A DNA stretch of 64,000 nt from positions 416,001 to 480,000 of the forward strand of contig CM000431.1 in the NCBI GenBank assembly GCA_000165345.1, written 5' to 3'. The position numbers and the translations under genes were made by a program. Shown piece after piece: positions 1 through 9,069 of the stretch. How positions within the stretch are numbered: position 1 is the first letter of the stretch; each line of letters begins with the position of its first letter. The notes beneath the pieces are model-generated. The model did not search any database, was not told the origin of the DNA, and worked only from the letters and a program-made list of their open reading frames with translations.

Positions 1-322
1 ATTTATCTTGTAATCATATTTGTGCATATAACTTAACTTCGCTTCCTCCCACTCATAACACACAATAGTTATTTTCCAATTTTCAGATTTATTTAGAAAT
101 TAATTAATTTTAACAACTCTTATTTTTAAAAATAAAATTGTCTCTACATGCATACATGCATTATTTATGCATTTGTTCTTTTTTATGTGGACAGCCGGTA
201 TAGGAATTTTTAAAAAAAAGTATGTAATTATTACGTGTGAAAATAAATTAGTAAAATATAATTTGAAATAATTAATTTAATCAGTTTTAATCGAGAAAAT
301 AAAGAGTAAAGATATATATTGA

Positions 323-2092
323 TTAAAAAACTAAAACAATAAATACAAGAAATATATTGTAGGCGAATAAAGCCAGAATAGAAGGAATAGAGTTTGTGTT
401 TTTTGAATCCAAGTGATTGGAATCAGAATTGATTGAAGTTGGAGAGTAGCTAATTAAAGAAACTTGAACTTCAGAACTACAATGTTTCTTACTTGTACAA
501 GTTAAAACTTGGTCAAGATCTTTATGAGCCTTTTCGGAAGTAATAGTGCTAGATCCATCAGGGGACTCACTGTTACAGCATGTAGAAAATGGGCTTAAAT
601 CACAAGTATTTGAAACCAAACTTATGTTTTCAATACTATTACAACAACTTTCACCCAAAGATTTTTGTGAATTTTGGTAGTTAAATATTTGGTTTAAATC
701 ATTTGGTAGTTTTTTATTAGCTTTTTGGATAAATTTGGAAGTATCTTTTCCAATAAAAGTTAACATCCAAACTACATCCGATATTTCTTTAATCCCTTTA
801 AATTTTTCATACAATCTAGTAGACAACTTATCTAAAGTATCCCAAATAAAGTAATCATAGTCGTTGAAATTATTTTCTTGTCTAACTTGTACGATATTTA
901 ATAAATGGTAAGAGCTGTTCCATTCTATTACACAACTCTCAGGGTCTCTATCTTTTATTGCAAGTGCTTTCGAAATGCTTATCTTCTGAAGATCATTATT
1001 GTTAATAATGTTATAATCATTCGAATTTGAATGCTTTATTAGAACGAAGCCCTTAATAAAGTTCAAAGAAAATGAAGAAATCAAGAGATTCAATTCATGC
1101 ATGGTTAATAGAGATATTCTATCGCTATCAAGAATCCAAAAAAGCCAGTTAATAGGAGACTTTAGCTCTGCTAATGAAAACGACCAAAAAATATGAGCCA
1201 TCGCTTTTGGAGTAAATGAGCAAATTTCCATCTTAGAAATTAATTCATACAAATCTGTTGGAACAATATCTGCTAATGAAAATGCATAACAAAGCATTGA
1301 AATATGTATTGGAAGAAATTTATCTATTGTTTGAATGCTCTTCCTTTTAAGGTTCTCAAATAGGTGAGGCGAAACAAGTCCGACTTTTGAATACGACCAT
1401 GCAATATTTGAAATCTGTTGTGGTTCTAAATTATCAAGTTCTGAAAGTATTTTTGGTATTGCATAAACAAAAAGATTTTTATTAAATTTTCCTGCCTTTG
1501 CAAATGACCATAAAATGATGCTCAAGTTAATTGAAATAAATCTTTCTAATTGAATAATTGACTCATTACAGACGAAATCAAATATTTTATGATTATTCAA
1601 TCCAAGCTTTACTAGAGACCAAGCAATATTTGACAGTTCTTTTGGAGAAAATCGACATGGAAAGTTACTCCTAAGTACTATTACATCCAAAAGAAGCCTA
1701 AATCTTTCATCTCGTTTTATTCTCCCTTTGAAGTTATTACTCTGGGATAATACAGCTAATTTGTGTAATATTGATACCATATTAATCTCATTTAAATAAT
1801 AAATATGGCAATGAACAATTCCTAAAAGCTCACCAAAAGACTCAGAAGCAGTAATTATTTTGTTCATTTTTAAATTAAATACAATATGTTCGTCCCTTGA
1901 ATACAATACTCCATTATTATAAGTTATATTTCTCTGCTCATAGGGCCCCGAAAATTGACCAATATAGCATTGGTGAGTTCTACTAAAATCAAAATATTGT
2001 TGAAATCCTGAGTTTGGTATAATATTTATTGGATTTGTTATAGAAATTTCATCATTGTTATGATGCAAATCTGCATTATTGCATGCTTGCAT
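323..2092 (-). CDS. Tail-anchored alpha-helical repeat protein with FASTK/heptatricopeptide-like repeats (589 aa)
   Basis: Continuous 589-aa ORF with an ATG start (cat at 2090-2092 on the + strand). A ~35-aa helical repeat recurs with an N-I-A-W-S-[LY]-x-K-[LV]-G-L core: NIAWSLVKLGL, IILWSFAKAGKF, NIAWSYSKVGL, HIFWSFSLAELKS. The C-terminus is a hydrophobic tail (IPSILALFAYNIFLVFIVLVF) typical of a tail anchor. No RAP domain is visible at the C-terminus. Confidence 0.55.
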   Translation of the reverse strand: MQACNNADLHHNNDEISITNPINIIPNSGFQQYFDFSRTHQCYIGQFSGPYEQRNITYNNGVLYSRDEHIVFNLKMNKIITASESFGELLGIVHCHIYYLNEINMVSILHKLAVLSQSNNFKGRIKRDERFRLLLDVIVLRSNFPCRFSPKELSNIAWSLVKLGLNNHKIFDFVCNESIIQLERFISINLSIILWSFAKAGKFNKNLFVYAIPKILSELDNLEPQQISNIAWSYSKVGLVSPHLFENLKRKSIQTIDKFLPIHISMLCYAFSLADIVPTDLYELISKMEICSFTPKAMAHIFWSFSLAELKSPINWLFWILDSDRISLLTMHELNLLISSFSLNFIKGFVLIKHSNSNDYNIINNNDLQKISISKALAIKDRDPESCVIEWNSSYHLLNIVQVRQENNFNDYDYFIWDTLDKLSTRLYEKFKGIKEISDVVWMLTFIGKDTSKFIQKANKKLPNDLNQIFNYQNSQKSLGESCCNSIENISLVSNTCDLSPFSTCCNSESPDGSSTITSEKAHKDLDQVLTCTSKKHCSSEVQVSLISYSPTSINSDSNHLDSKNTNSIPSILALFAYNIFLVFIVLVF

Positions 2093-2486
2093 TTTGATTC
2101 GTTTGAGATTGTTTTTTTAGTACTAAATTACTGGACAACTAATTTCCAACAATAAAGTAGTACAAAATTAAATAATCATTAAAAATTCTTGCAACTTAAT
2201 TGCATGTTTGTTGCAAATTTTAGTTTTTTTATTTTTATTTAGAATTTGCTCTTTTTTACTTACATGCTCGATGCCACTATTTTTAATAAATTAATTTTAA
2301 AAAAATGTTGGCGCCTATTACCTAAAAAAAAAATGCAGAATAGGTTTGTAATTAAAACTGAAAAATTAGGGTACAAATATATTAAAAAAAAAATAGATAC
2401 AACTCTGTACACCTGAAAATTCATATAGTATTTTATTGGATGAATTGAAAGGTATTCTTTGATCGGTTTAACGGCAGTATTCAAAT

Positions 2487-3101
2487 ATGAAGTTAAATTT
2501 TGATTTTCAAGGAGTTTTTAAAAGTATAAACTTGAAGGAAAACCTTAATTTTAATAATTGTGTATCTGCATATAACAATATTAAGAGTTATGCAGCAAAT
2601 GCATTCAAAAGCTGTGAAGATGATATTAGTTTATTCCTTGAAGGAAAGCCTTTTGTATTATCAAACATTAACTACAATGAGTTAAGTAATAAATTAATTA
2701 AGGTTAGGAAGAATATTGAAAATGGTCTTAAGGGTGGAAAGGGAGGTTTTGGAGCAACAATAAAGAGTCAGAAGAGAAAAGTAAATGTAAGAGAGCTAAG
2801 CGTTGACCTTTGTAGAGACTTAAAGACAGGAAAGCGCATCAAAGACTTAAATAAATCTGGAAATAATGTTGAAAGTAAAGTCGAGGGTAGTTCTAGAACA
2901 AAAAGTTCAAGTTCTACTAATAGTGGTAGTATTAGTAGAAATTCTAAAGTTCTAGAAAATTCATGTTCTATAGTCAATTCTGAAAATGAGTTGTTAACTC
3001 AATATCAGTCCCATGTTTTAAATTTAGAGAATAAATGGAAGAATATTTCAAAATCTGTTGATTTTGGCATGAATAATTTGAACCAAAAAGTTAATGTTTG
3101 A
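2487..3101 (+). CDS. SDE2: SDE2-like protein (ubiquitin-fold N-terminus with a diglycine processing site, 204 aa)
   Basis: ATG verified at 2487. The motif LKGGKGGFGATIKSQ matches the hallmark SDE2 cleavage site GG|KGGFGS, which exposes an N-terminal Lys. A basic/Ser-rich C-terminal segment follows. Confidence 0.7.
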   Translation: MKLNFDFQGVFKSINLKENLNFNNCVSAYNNIKSYAANAFKSCEDDISLFLEGKPFVLSNINYNELSNKLIKVRKNIENGLKGGKGGFGATIKSQKRKVNVRELSVDLCRDLKTGKRIKDLNKSGNNVESKVEGSSRTKSSSSTNSGSISRNSKVLENSCSIVNSENELLTQYQSHVLNLENKWKNISKSVDFGMNNLNQKVNV

Positions 3102-3245
3102 ATTCTTCTCTTGTATACAAGAGGAAGAAAAGTTGTGTTTTCTAATCCACTGATACTTTCATTTATTGTAAATAACCAAATAGTTCACGTTTTAAGTTAA
3201 AATCAAATTTCAATTAGTTTTTATAATACCTTATTTAATTAATTT

Positions 3246-3256
3246 CCCCCCCCCCC
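3246..3256. repeat. C11 homopolymer
   Basis: The sequence reads aatttcccccccccccttttatt. An 11-nt C run is very unusual in this AT-rich sequence. It lies ~250 bp upstream of the 3504 gene, next to TGCATGCA at 3314-3321. Confidence 0.9.
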
Positions 3257-3313
3257 TTTTATTTTTTAATACCGGTATTATTTTCATGTGGATAATTGTA
3301 TTAGTTGTCAGAA

Positions 3314-3321
3314 TGCATGCA
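3314..3321. promoter_or_regulatory. TGCATGCA palindromic element, ~185 bp upstream of the mucin-like gene
   Basis: Exact octamer. GCATGCA-type motifs recur in upstream regions throughout the window. Confidence 0.4.
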
Positions 3322-3503
3322 CGCAATTTTTATGTCATTTTTTACATGCAGAGAAATTAGCAATAAAAATCGTAATAAAGGAATAGAAAAATCATTCCTA
3401 TTGTATACAAAAAAAAGAATAAGAAATTACTGCGATATTAAACTAAGATAAAAATTTGATAAAATATAGCTCGGATAATAAAAGGTAGAATTTATTTGGT
3501 AAA

Positions 3504-6500
3504 ATGCTATATTTGAAGTTTATATTAAATATTCTTATCTTTTTTGCAGGCAAAACACTCTCGGAGCCTCTTCCATTTTCATCGGATGAGGTTACCGTTG
3601 TTCCATTTCCTCCTTTCATCCCAGTAGCAGGAGGTTATGTACCAGAGCCACAAAATAATGGAACAACTATTGATTACGTCCAAAAAAGTAGGAATGACTA
3701 CTTTGGGAGTGAGTTAAGCCAAATAGTAAACTCCCCAAACTTTCATCTGGTCACTATTCAAAATGGAGAACAAAATAAACAAGTTTGGGCGTTTGTACTT
3801 GGAAATGAAAAGAAAGTATTTGCATATAGAACAGAAAACATAAGTATTACTGATCCACTACATCTGGGAAGTAATTGGAATGTTATCAGTAATAGTGAAT
3901 CGAACGTTTGGCCAGTAAAAATGAGATTTGTATACCCTTCTTGCCACAATATGGTTAAAGATAAGGATGAAGAAGGGGTGGATTGCGGAGGTCCTTGTAA
4001 ACCTTGTAATATGTTTAACAGTTGTAGAATTGGGCTGGATGATCTAAGAACACATAAAATTTTAAAGTACTCCACATGTATTGGTGAGTTGAAACATGGA
4101 GAGTTTTGTTCTCTCACATGTCCTGTTGGATATAGAATGAAAGACTTAACCAAGATGAAGAGTGAAATTTATTCTCAGTGTTATGATGGAAGGCTCAACC
4201 AACTGATATTTGGGAATATGCAAGCCCCAATGACAGGAGAAAGCTACTATTCAAGAGAATATAGAGGATTTAGAAACATGTTGGAAAGTGAGGTGAGTCA
4301 TTTGGATCAGGAGTTTAATGAACTGTGTGAGTCTCCCTTTGAATATATGTGTAAATATATTTCTTTAAGGTTAAAAAGGTCATCTTTGGAAGAGGATGGA
4401 GAAGGAATAAATTATAGAATGCCTTGTGAGGGAATTTTTACGGCAGTACCAAGATATCATGGTAAAAAGAGCTATTGGGTGTCAGTCAATTCAAGAGGTG
4501 AAAGAGTTACTTTATTTTGGAAGGAAAATACTTGGATATGTGTAAACACCCTCTCAAATTCTGTATTGGGTTATATTCAGGATTCAAATCCAGCTTTATT
4601 GTTATCTGAAGAGCATATGAGTAATTTAGTTTGGATACCATGGTCAGAAAATGGTCCTTTAAATCAAAATAGGTCATATGTTATATTAAGATGTAGTAAA
4701 AAGAAGCCAAGAGAAGTTCCAGGTAGATGTAATTCACTTACAATGCAAGGTTGGAATTACGGAACCAATTACAATGGTATATGGGTATCTGTTGGTGAAA
4801 GTACTGATATTTTTAATGGAGATATAAGAGGTATATATATTAAGCCATATAGCAATTTAGTATTACTATATAATATGTATAAATTACAATGGGAAATATA
4901 TGAACGCTTGGGGGATGTTTCATATGAAAAATTGAAGCAAGTAATGCGACAAGATGGAAAGATTAAAGATAGAGTATTGAATGAAGAAAACACTTATCTT
5001 AAGGAGAACAATAAAGGATGGGTACTTAGAGCAATGAATCCACACCCAAATCCTTCTCCTCCTAAGGGAAAATGGCTCACTACACCAAAAAGTAATTTTG
5101 AGGAAGAAAATATATTGCAAATAAAATACTATCATATTGATGTTTATTGTGATTCAAGCGTAACTACTCTATCTGGTGGTGATGTTCATCTTAGTCCAAT
5201 AAAGCTGGTAAGAGCAATAAATGAGGATCCTGTTGTATGTTCATCAGAGAAGCCAGTAACTAGCTTTTCACTCAATTTGGACTTTTCAAATTTAGCATTC
5301 AAACCAAGAAATAGTTATATTGATAGGTATGATGGTAGATTTTCTGGAAATGGTTGCAAGTATATGGAAGTTAAAGGAACCACAATAGAGGCAACGGAGT
5401 GCTCAGGATTCTTTAGAAAAGAGGAGTTAACTCAGGGTGAAACCATTTGGAAGAAGATTGCGAGCAACTCTAGAATTGTATTATTTTATTGGACAGGAAT
5501 TAAATGGATTTGTACAAGAAATGATAGTAGTAATACGATACTTGGATATATTGACAATGAAGAACAGGAAGAAGGGTATTGGTTGAATAAGATTGATTCT
5601 TCAGCAGGAGCTTACATAAAGACAAGAACAACATTGAAATGTTTTAAAAATCATCCTCAGGAATCAGGAGCTGAACATTCTTGTAACAGGGCATTATTGA
5701 AAGGCTGGCCTATTGGAATGGAAGCTTTAAATGGAAATTGGGACTTGAATAGATATGAAGTTTATATTGAAGGAAACAAAAATGGAGATGAATTGAGCAG
5801 GAGTAAGAAGGAAATTAAATACTATGAACACAGGAGATCTGATGGATGTAAATTATATCTTTATTTTGATGATAATGTGGGCTACACAGTTATTACTAAT
5901 AATCATCCAAAAAGCAGACCAGAATTGGAAAACAAGAAAGACAAAAAGAATAAATATATTGCAATTTATAAGGACGAACTTCAGGGAACTCCTATATTAA
6001 AAGGACAAGATTCTCATCACGTTCAATGGCTATATTATCCAATTGATGAAGATAATATGGCAAATTTGAGTTCTCCAAGAGCGCTTTCTAGTACATATAT
6101 TTACACTAAATGCCGAGATAATGAAGAGCATTATTCTAAAAGACAAAATAGTCAAGGAAGAGGTTTTGATGAAGAAGATATGAATAATTCTATTAATTTT
6201 AGTAATGAAGGAGAGAATAAGAACAATTCTCAATTACAAAATACAAGTACAAAGAAACAAAATAGAGTTTCATTGGGAGGTAGAAAGCTAGCTAAAGGTA
6301 AATCAATTAGCAAAATTTCTCAATGTAGTGAATACAAAATTATGGGATTTAATAAGCCTTTGGAATCTTTAAATGGAATTTGGAAAAGGGATGAAAGTTA
6401 TCCAAAACAAGGAGAGACTTCATCTGCAGAATCAATCTTGGAACTTTATAAATGTACAAATAGTAATGACAAGGATATTTATATTTATTATTCGGAGGCT

Positions 6501-8354
6501 CCTTTAAATAAGACTGGATGGTTTTTGGACTATGATCTTAATCCATTGAATGGTTTCATTGCATTGGGGACTAATAGCACTTCAGATGGATTAACATCTT
6601 CTTGGAGACTTTGGAGTTTAACAGAAAAGAAATGGAATAATTTGGACCTTAGTTTGGAATGCCAAGATCAAACTAATAATTCTAATGTTAATAATAAAAA
6701 GACAATTTTTACTACTACTGATAGCAAAGTATTGGTGAATGGATTTGAAGTATTGGAGAGTGAATCTCCAAAAGAATTGAGTATAATTCCTTTTGAAGAT
6801 GTGGAGGATCATATAAAAACCGCACCAATTCGTGAAATGCCAATACCATTTTTCACTGCAAGCTTACCATTAATAGGACAATTAGCAGCAAATGCTTTTC
6901 CTATGATAAAAGGTATATCAAGCTTAGCTCCAAAGAAGCCAAAGCCAACAAATGAAGATTTATTAGGATCACCAGTGACAGCATCAGCAATTTTACCCAA
7001 CTTGGACATATTTTCAACTGCTGAACAATTAAGACAAAATATTACAAAGAGCAGACAAAATGAAAGGCCTAGTATATATTATGATCCATCTTTACTTCCT
7101 CGAAATAGTATGAATGGAAATAATATTCCTTCAGTAATGCCTTATGATCAATTTGGCCCTCCTGTGAATATGTATAATCCAAGAAATGACATTCCCAACT
7201 ATAACTACTTGCCAGGACAACACAATATGTTTTATTCTCCTATAGGGCCTGGAAACATTCATAACAATAATATGTTTGATCCCAGTCTGGGTCCAAGCAA
7301 TAACTATTTTTATAATCCGTACAATAATAATAATTTCAATGGTATTCAACAACAACAAAACACTGGAAATGAGATGAGAGATATTTCTTACTTGAATAAT
7401 CAGCAGCAACAGCAACAACAACTTCTTCAGCAACAACAGGAACTACAGAAGGAGCAACTTGAACAGCAGCAACAGTTGCAATCTCAGCAGCAACAGCAAC
7501 AGCAGAAATTACAAAAGCAGCAGCTAGAGCAGTTTTACCATCCAACTCAAAATGCACAACAAATTAATGAAATACCAACATTGGCAGGAGATCATGAAAG
7601 CGTTAATGGCCAACTATTATACTATGTAAACGGAAATTTTAGCCAAGGAGGGAATAATTTGGAGATACCTGTTTCTACAAGCACAACTACTACCACAACA
7701 ACTACCACCACAACCACAACAACTACTACTACCACAACAACAACTACCACCACAACCACAAGTACAACTACCACCACAACTACTACCACCACAACTACTA
7801 CTACCACAACCACAACTATTGCTACTACTACTGAAATTGAAAATTCAAATAGAGATAACATGATTCCAGGAATTTCAGAAGAGGGAAGGAAAGAGTGTCC
7901 TGAAGATAAAGAGTGGGTAGTGGAGCATGGAAAGTTATTAACTGAATCAGGGAGCATAACAAATAAGTACAAGGTGATAATTGTGAGCATTTTGTATCAA
8001 GAAGATTTAAAGCTAAATTATTTACAAGGAGTATATAGTTTCAACGGGATTTTCAATGGCAGACCTTCATATAGACATTTTGTAAATGGAGTAAGAAATG
8101 AATCAAATAATCTTCCAGAGTTAAAAACTTCAAATTTGGATGTTTCACTTTTTTATGACAAGAGATTAAGGTCATGGATATTCGGAGATTTAGAGAATAT
8201 TGGTTATAATACAGAAGAGTCAATATATATAAGAAGCTCACAAAGTGACTGTCTTGTTCCATGGGACTCCACGATTACATGGAAAAATGCAAGTAATTCA
8301 GCTTCTTTACCATTAATTATTTCAGTAAGAGCAGGAGAAAGCATTAATTATTAA
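3504..8354 (+). CDS. Large cysteine-rich, mucin-like secreted glycoprotein (1616 aa), lineage-specific
   Basis: ATG at 3504. N-terminal signal peptide MLYLKFILNILIFFAGKTLS. Cys-rich sushi-like segment (CGGPCKPC...CSLTCPVGYRMKD...CYDG). Recurring modules of the form W-VSV...LF(Y)W...WIC...LGYI. A ~50-residue Thr tract and a Gln-rich/LQ tract near the C-terminus. Confidence 0.8.
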   Translation: MLYLKFILNILIFFAGKTLSEPLPFSSDEVTVVPFPPFIPVAGGYVPEPQNNGTTIDYVQKSRNDYFGSELSQIVNSPNFHLVTIQNGEQNKQVWAFVLGNEKKVFAYRTENISITDPLHLGSNWNVISNSESNVWPVKMRFVYPSCHNMVKDKDEEGVDCGGPCKPCNMFNSCRIGLDDLRTHKILKYSTCIGELKHGEFCSLTCPVGYRMKDLTKMKSEIYSQCYDGRLNQLIFGNMQAPMTGESYYSREYRGFRNMLESEVSHLDQEFNELCESPFEYMCKYISLRLKRSSLEEDGEGINYRMPCEGIFTAVPRYHGKKSYWVSVNSRGERVTLFWKENTWICVNTLSNSVLGYIQDSNPALLLSEEHMSNLVWIPWSENGPLNQNRSYVILRCSKKKPREVPGRCNSLTMQGWNYGTNYNGIWVSVGESTDIFNGDIRGIYIKPYSNLVLLYNMYKLQWEIYERLGDVSYEKLKQVMRQDGKIKDRVLNEENTYLKENNKGWVLRAMNPHPNPSPPKGKWLTTPKSNFEEENILQIKYYHIDVYCDSSVTTLSGGDVHLSPIKLVRAINEDPVVCSSEKPVTSFSLNLDFSNLAFKPRNSYIDRYDGRFSGNGCKYMEVKGTTIEATECSGFFRKEELTQGETIWKKIASNSRIVLFYWTGIKWICTRNDSSNTILGYIDNEEQEEGYWLNKIDSSAGAYIKTRTTLKCFKNHPQESGAEHSCNRALLKGWPIGMEALNGNWDLNRYEVYIEGNKNGDELSRSKKEIKYYEHRRSDGCKLYLYFDDNVGYTVITNNHPKSRPELENKKDKKNKYIAIYKDELQGTPILKGQDSHHVQWLYYPIDEDNMANLSSPRALSSTYIYTKCRDNEEHYSKRQNSQGRGFDEEDMNNSINFSNEGENKNNSQLQNTSTKKQNRVSLGGRKLAKGKSISKISQCSEYKIMGFNKPLESLNGIWKRDESYPKQGETSSAESILELYKCTNSNDKDIYIYYSEAPLNKTGWFLDYDLNPLNGFIALGTNSTSDGLTSSWRLWSLTEKKWNNLDLSLECQDQTNNSNVNNKKTIFTTTDSKVLVNGFEVLESESPKELSIIPFEDVEDHIKTAPIREMPIPFFTASLPLIGQLAANAFPMIKGISSLAPKKPKPTNEDLLGSPVTASAILPNLDIFSTAEQLRQNITKSRQNERPSIYYDPSLLPRNSMNGNNIPSVMPYDQFGPPVNMYNPRNDIPNYNYLPGQHNMFYSPIGPGNIHNNNMFDPSLGPSNNYFYNPYNNNNFNGIQQQQNTGNEMRDISYLNNQQQQQQQLLQQQQELQKEQLEQQQQLQSQQQQQQQKLQKQQLEQFYHPTQNAQQINEIPTLAGDHESVNGQLLYYVNGNFSQGGNNLEIPVSTSTTTTTTTTTTTTTTTTTTTTTTTTTTSTTTTTTTTTTTTTTTTTTIATTTEIENSNRDNMIPGISEEGRKECPEDKEWVVEHGKLLTESGSITNKYKVIIVSILYQEDLKLNYLQGVYSFNGIFNGRPSYRHFVNGVRNESNNLPELKTSNLDVSLFYDKRLRSWIFGDLENIGYNTEESIYIRSSQSDCLVPWDSTITWKNASNSASLPLIISVRAGESINY
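7401..7532 (+). repeat. CAG/CAA-rich tract encoding poly-Gln (QQQQQQLLQQQQELQKEQLEQQQQLQSQQQQQQQKLQKQQLEQ) inside the 3504 CDS
   Basis: Direct reading of CAG/CAA runs. Confidence 0.9.
7678..7833 (+). repeat. ACN-codon microsatellite-like tract encoding ~50 consecutive Thr (one Ser) inside the 3504 CDS; probable O-glycosylated mucin stalk
   Basis: Imperfect repeats of acaactactaccacaacaactaccaccacaaccaca; the minus-strand ORF reads poly-Val. Confidence 0.9.
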
Positions 8355-8514
8355 AATATTTAATATTCAACAATACAAACAAGTTAAAAGTAATAAATCC
8401 AATTCTATTAATACCTAATTGCAGTTTTGAGTTATGAATAAATTCCATACTTATTCGCACCGAGTTTAAACTAATAAATATTACTATTTAATTATGCAGT
8501 TAATCTCAAAAAAA

Positions 8515-8540
8515 TTGGGCGCCAACCTCTGGCGCCAATT
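8515..8540. promoter_or_regulatory. Tandem E2F-like GGCGCC elements (TTGGGCGCCAACCTCTGGCGCCAATT), ~530 bp upstream of the 9070 gene
   Basis: Two GGCGCCAA cores 5 bp apart in a GC island within an AT-rich spacer. Confidence 0.5.
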
Positions 8541-8911
8541 ACAGGCAATGTGCAATAATATAACTGATCAAATAATAAATGTAAATATTATTAAAGAATA
8601 AATTGAGCTAATACTGGCGAAGGGACAAGCAAAATTTTTTTTTTTTCAACAAAAAAAGAAATTTAAAGAATTGTGAGATAAAGAAAAGTGGTGTATTAAC
8701 AATTGGATGAAATAGAAGGGTTTGTATAAATAAATGTTCATTTTCAGCAGCATAAACTTTTGGAGAAAGCTATAGCTATAAAATAAATGGAAGGATTATT
8801 AAGAATTTTACAATATATAGACAATAATTTTTGAAAGTGAATATTGTATTTTTATTTGAACCAAACTTTGGACAAAATTGTGGTTTCAAATCAAAGAAAA
8901 TCAAGAATAAC

Positions 8912-8936
8912 TATATATATATATATATATATATAT
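8912..8936. repeat. (TA)12 dinucleotide microsatellite
   Basis: The sequence reads ctatatatatatatatatatatatat. Confidence 0.9.
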
Positions 8937-9069
8937 TTCCTAATATTTTATGTCTTTTTTTGGGAAAATATATAAGGGGTTAATTGTGCTATTGAATAAA
9001 AATTCTAAAAATAAATAAACTTCGTTAAAAGGGTTTGGCTTTGAAATATAAAGGAAAATTGATTTAGAT

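Noticed and set aside
2260-2484. 74-aa minus-strand ORF between the first gene and SDE2
   Set aside because: Short and hydrophobic or low-complexity, within a 390-bp divergent promoter region. No support for it as a gene.
7678-7833. Regularly repeating short units that might suggest a CRISPR or minisatellite array
   Set aside because: It is a coding trinucleotide (ACN) repeat inside a eukaryotic ORF, with no spacer/repeat structure.
7622-7990. Minus-strand 122-aa ORF encoding poly-Val
   Set aside because: It is the reverse-complement reading of the ACN poly-Thr microsatellite inside the 3504 CDS, not a gene.
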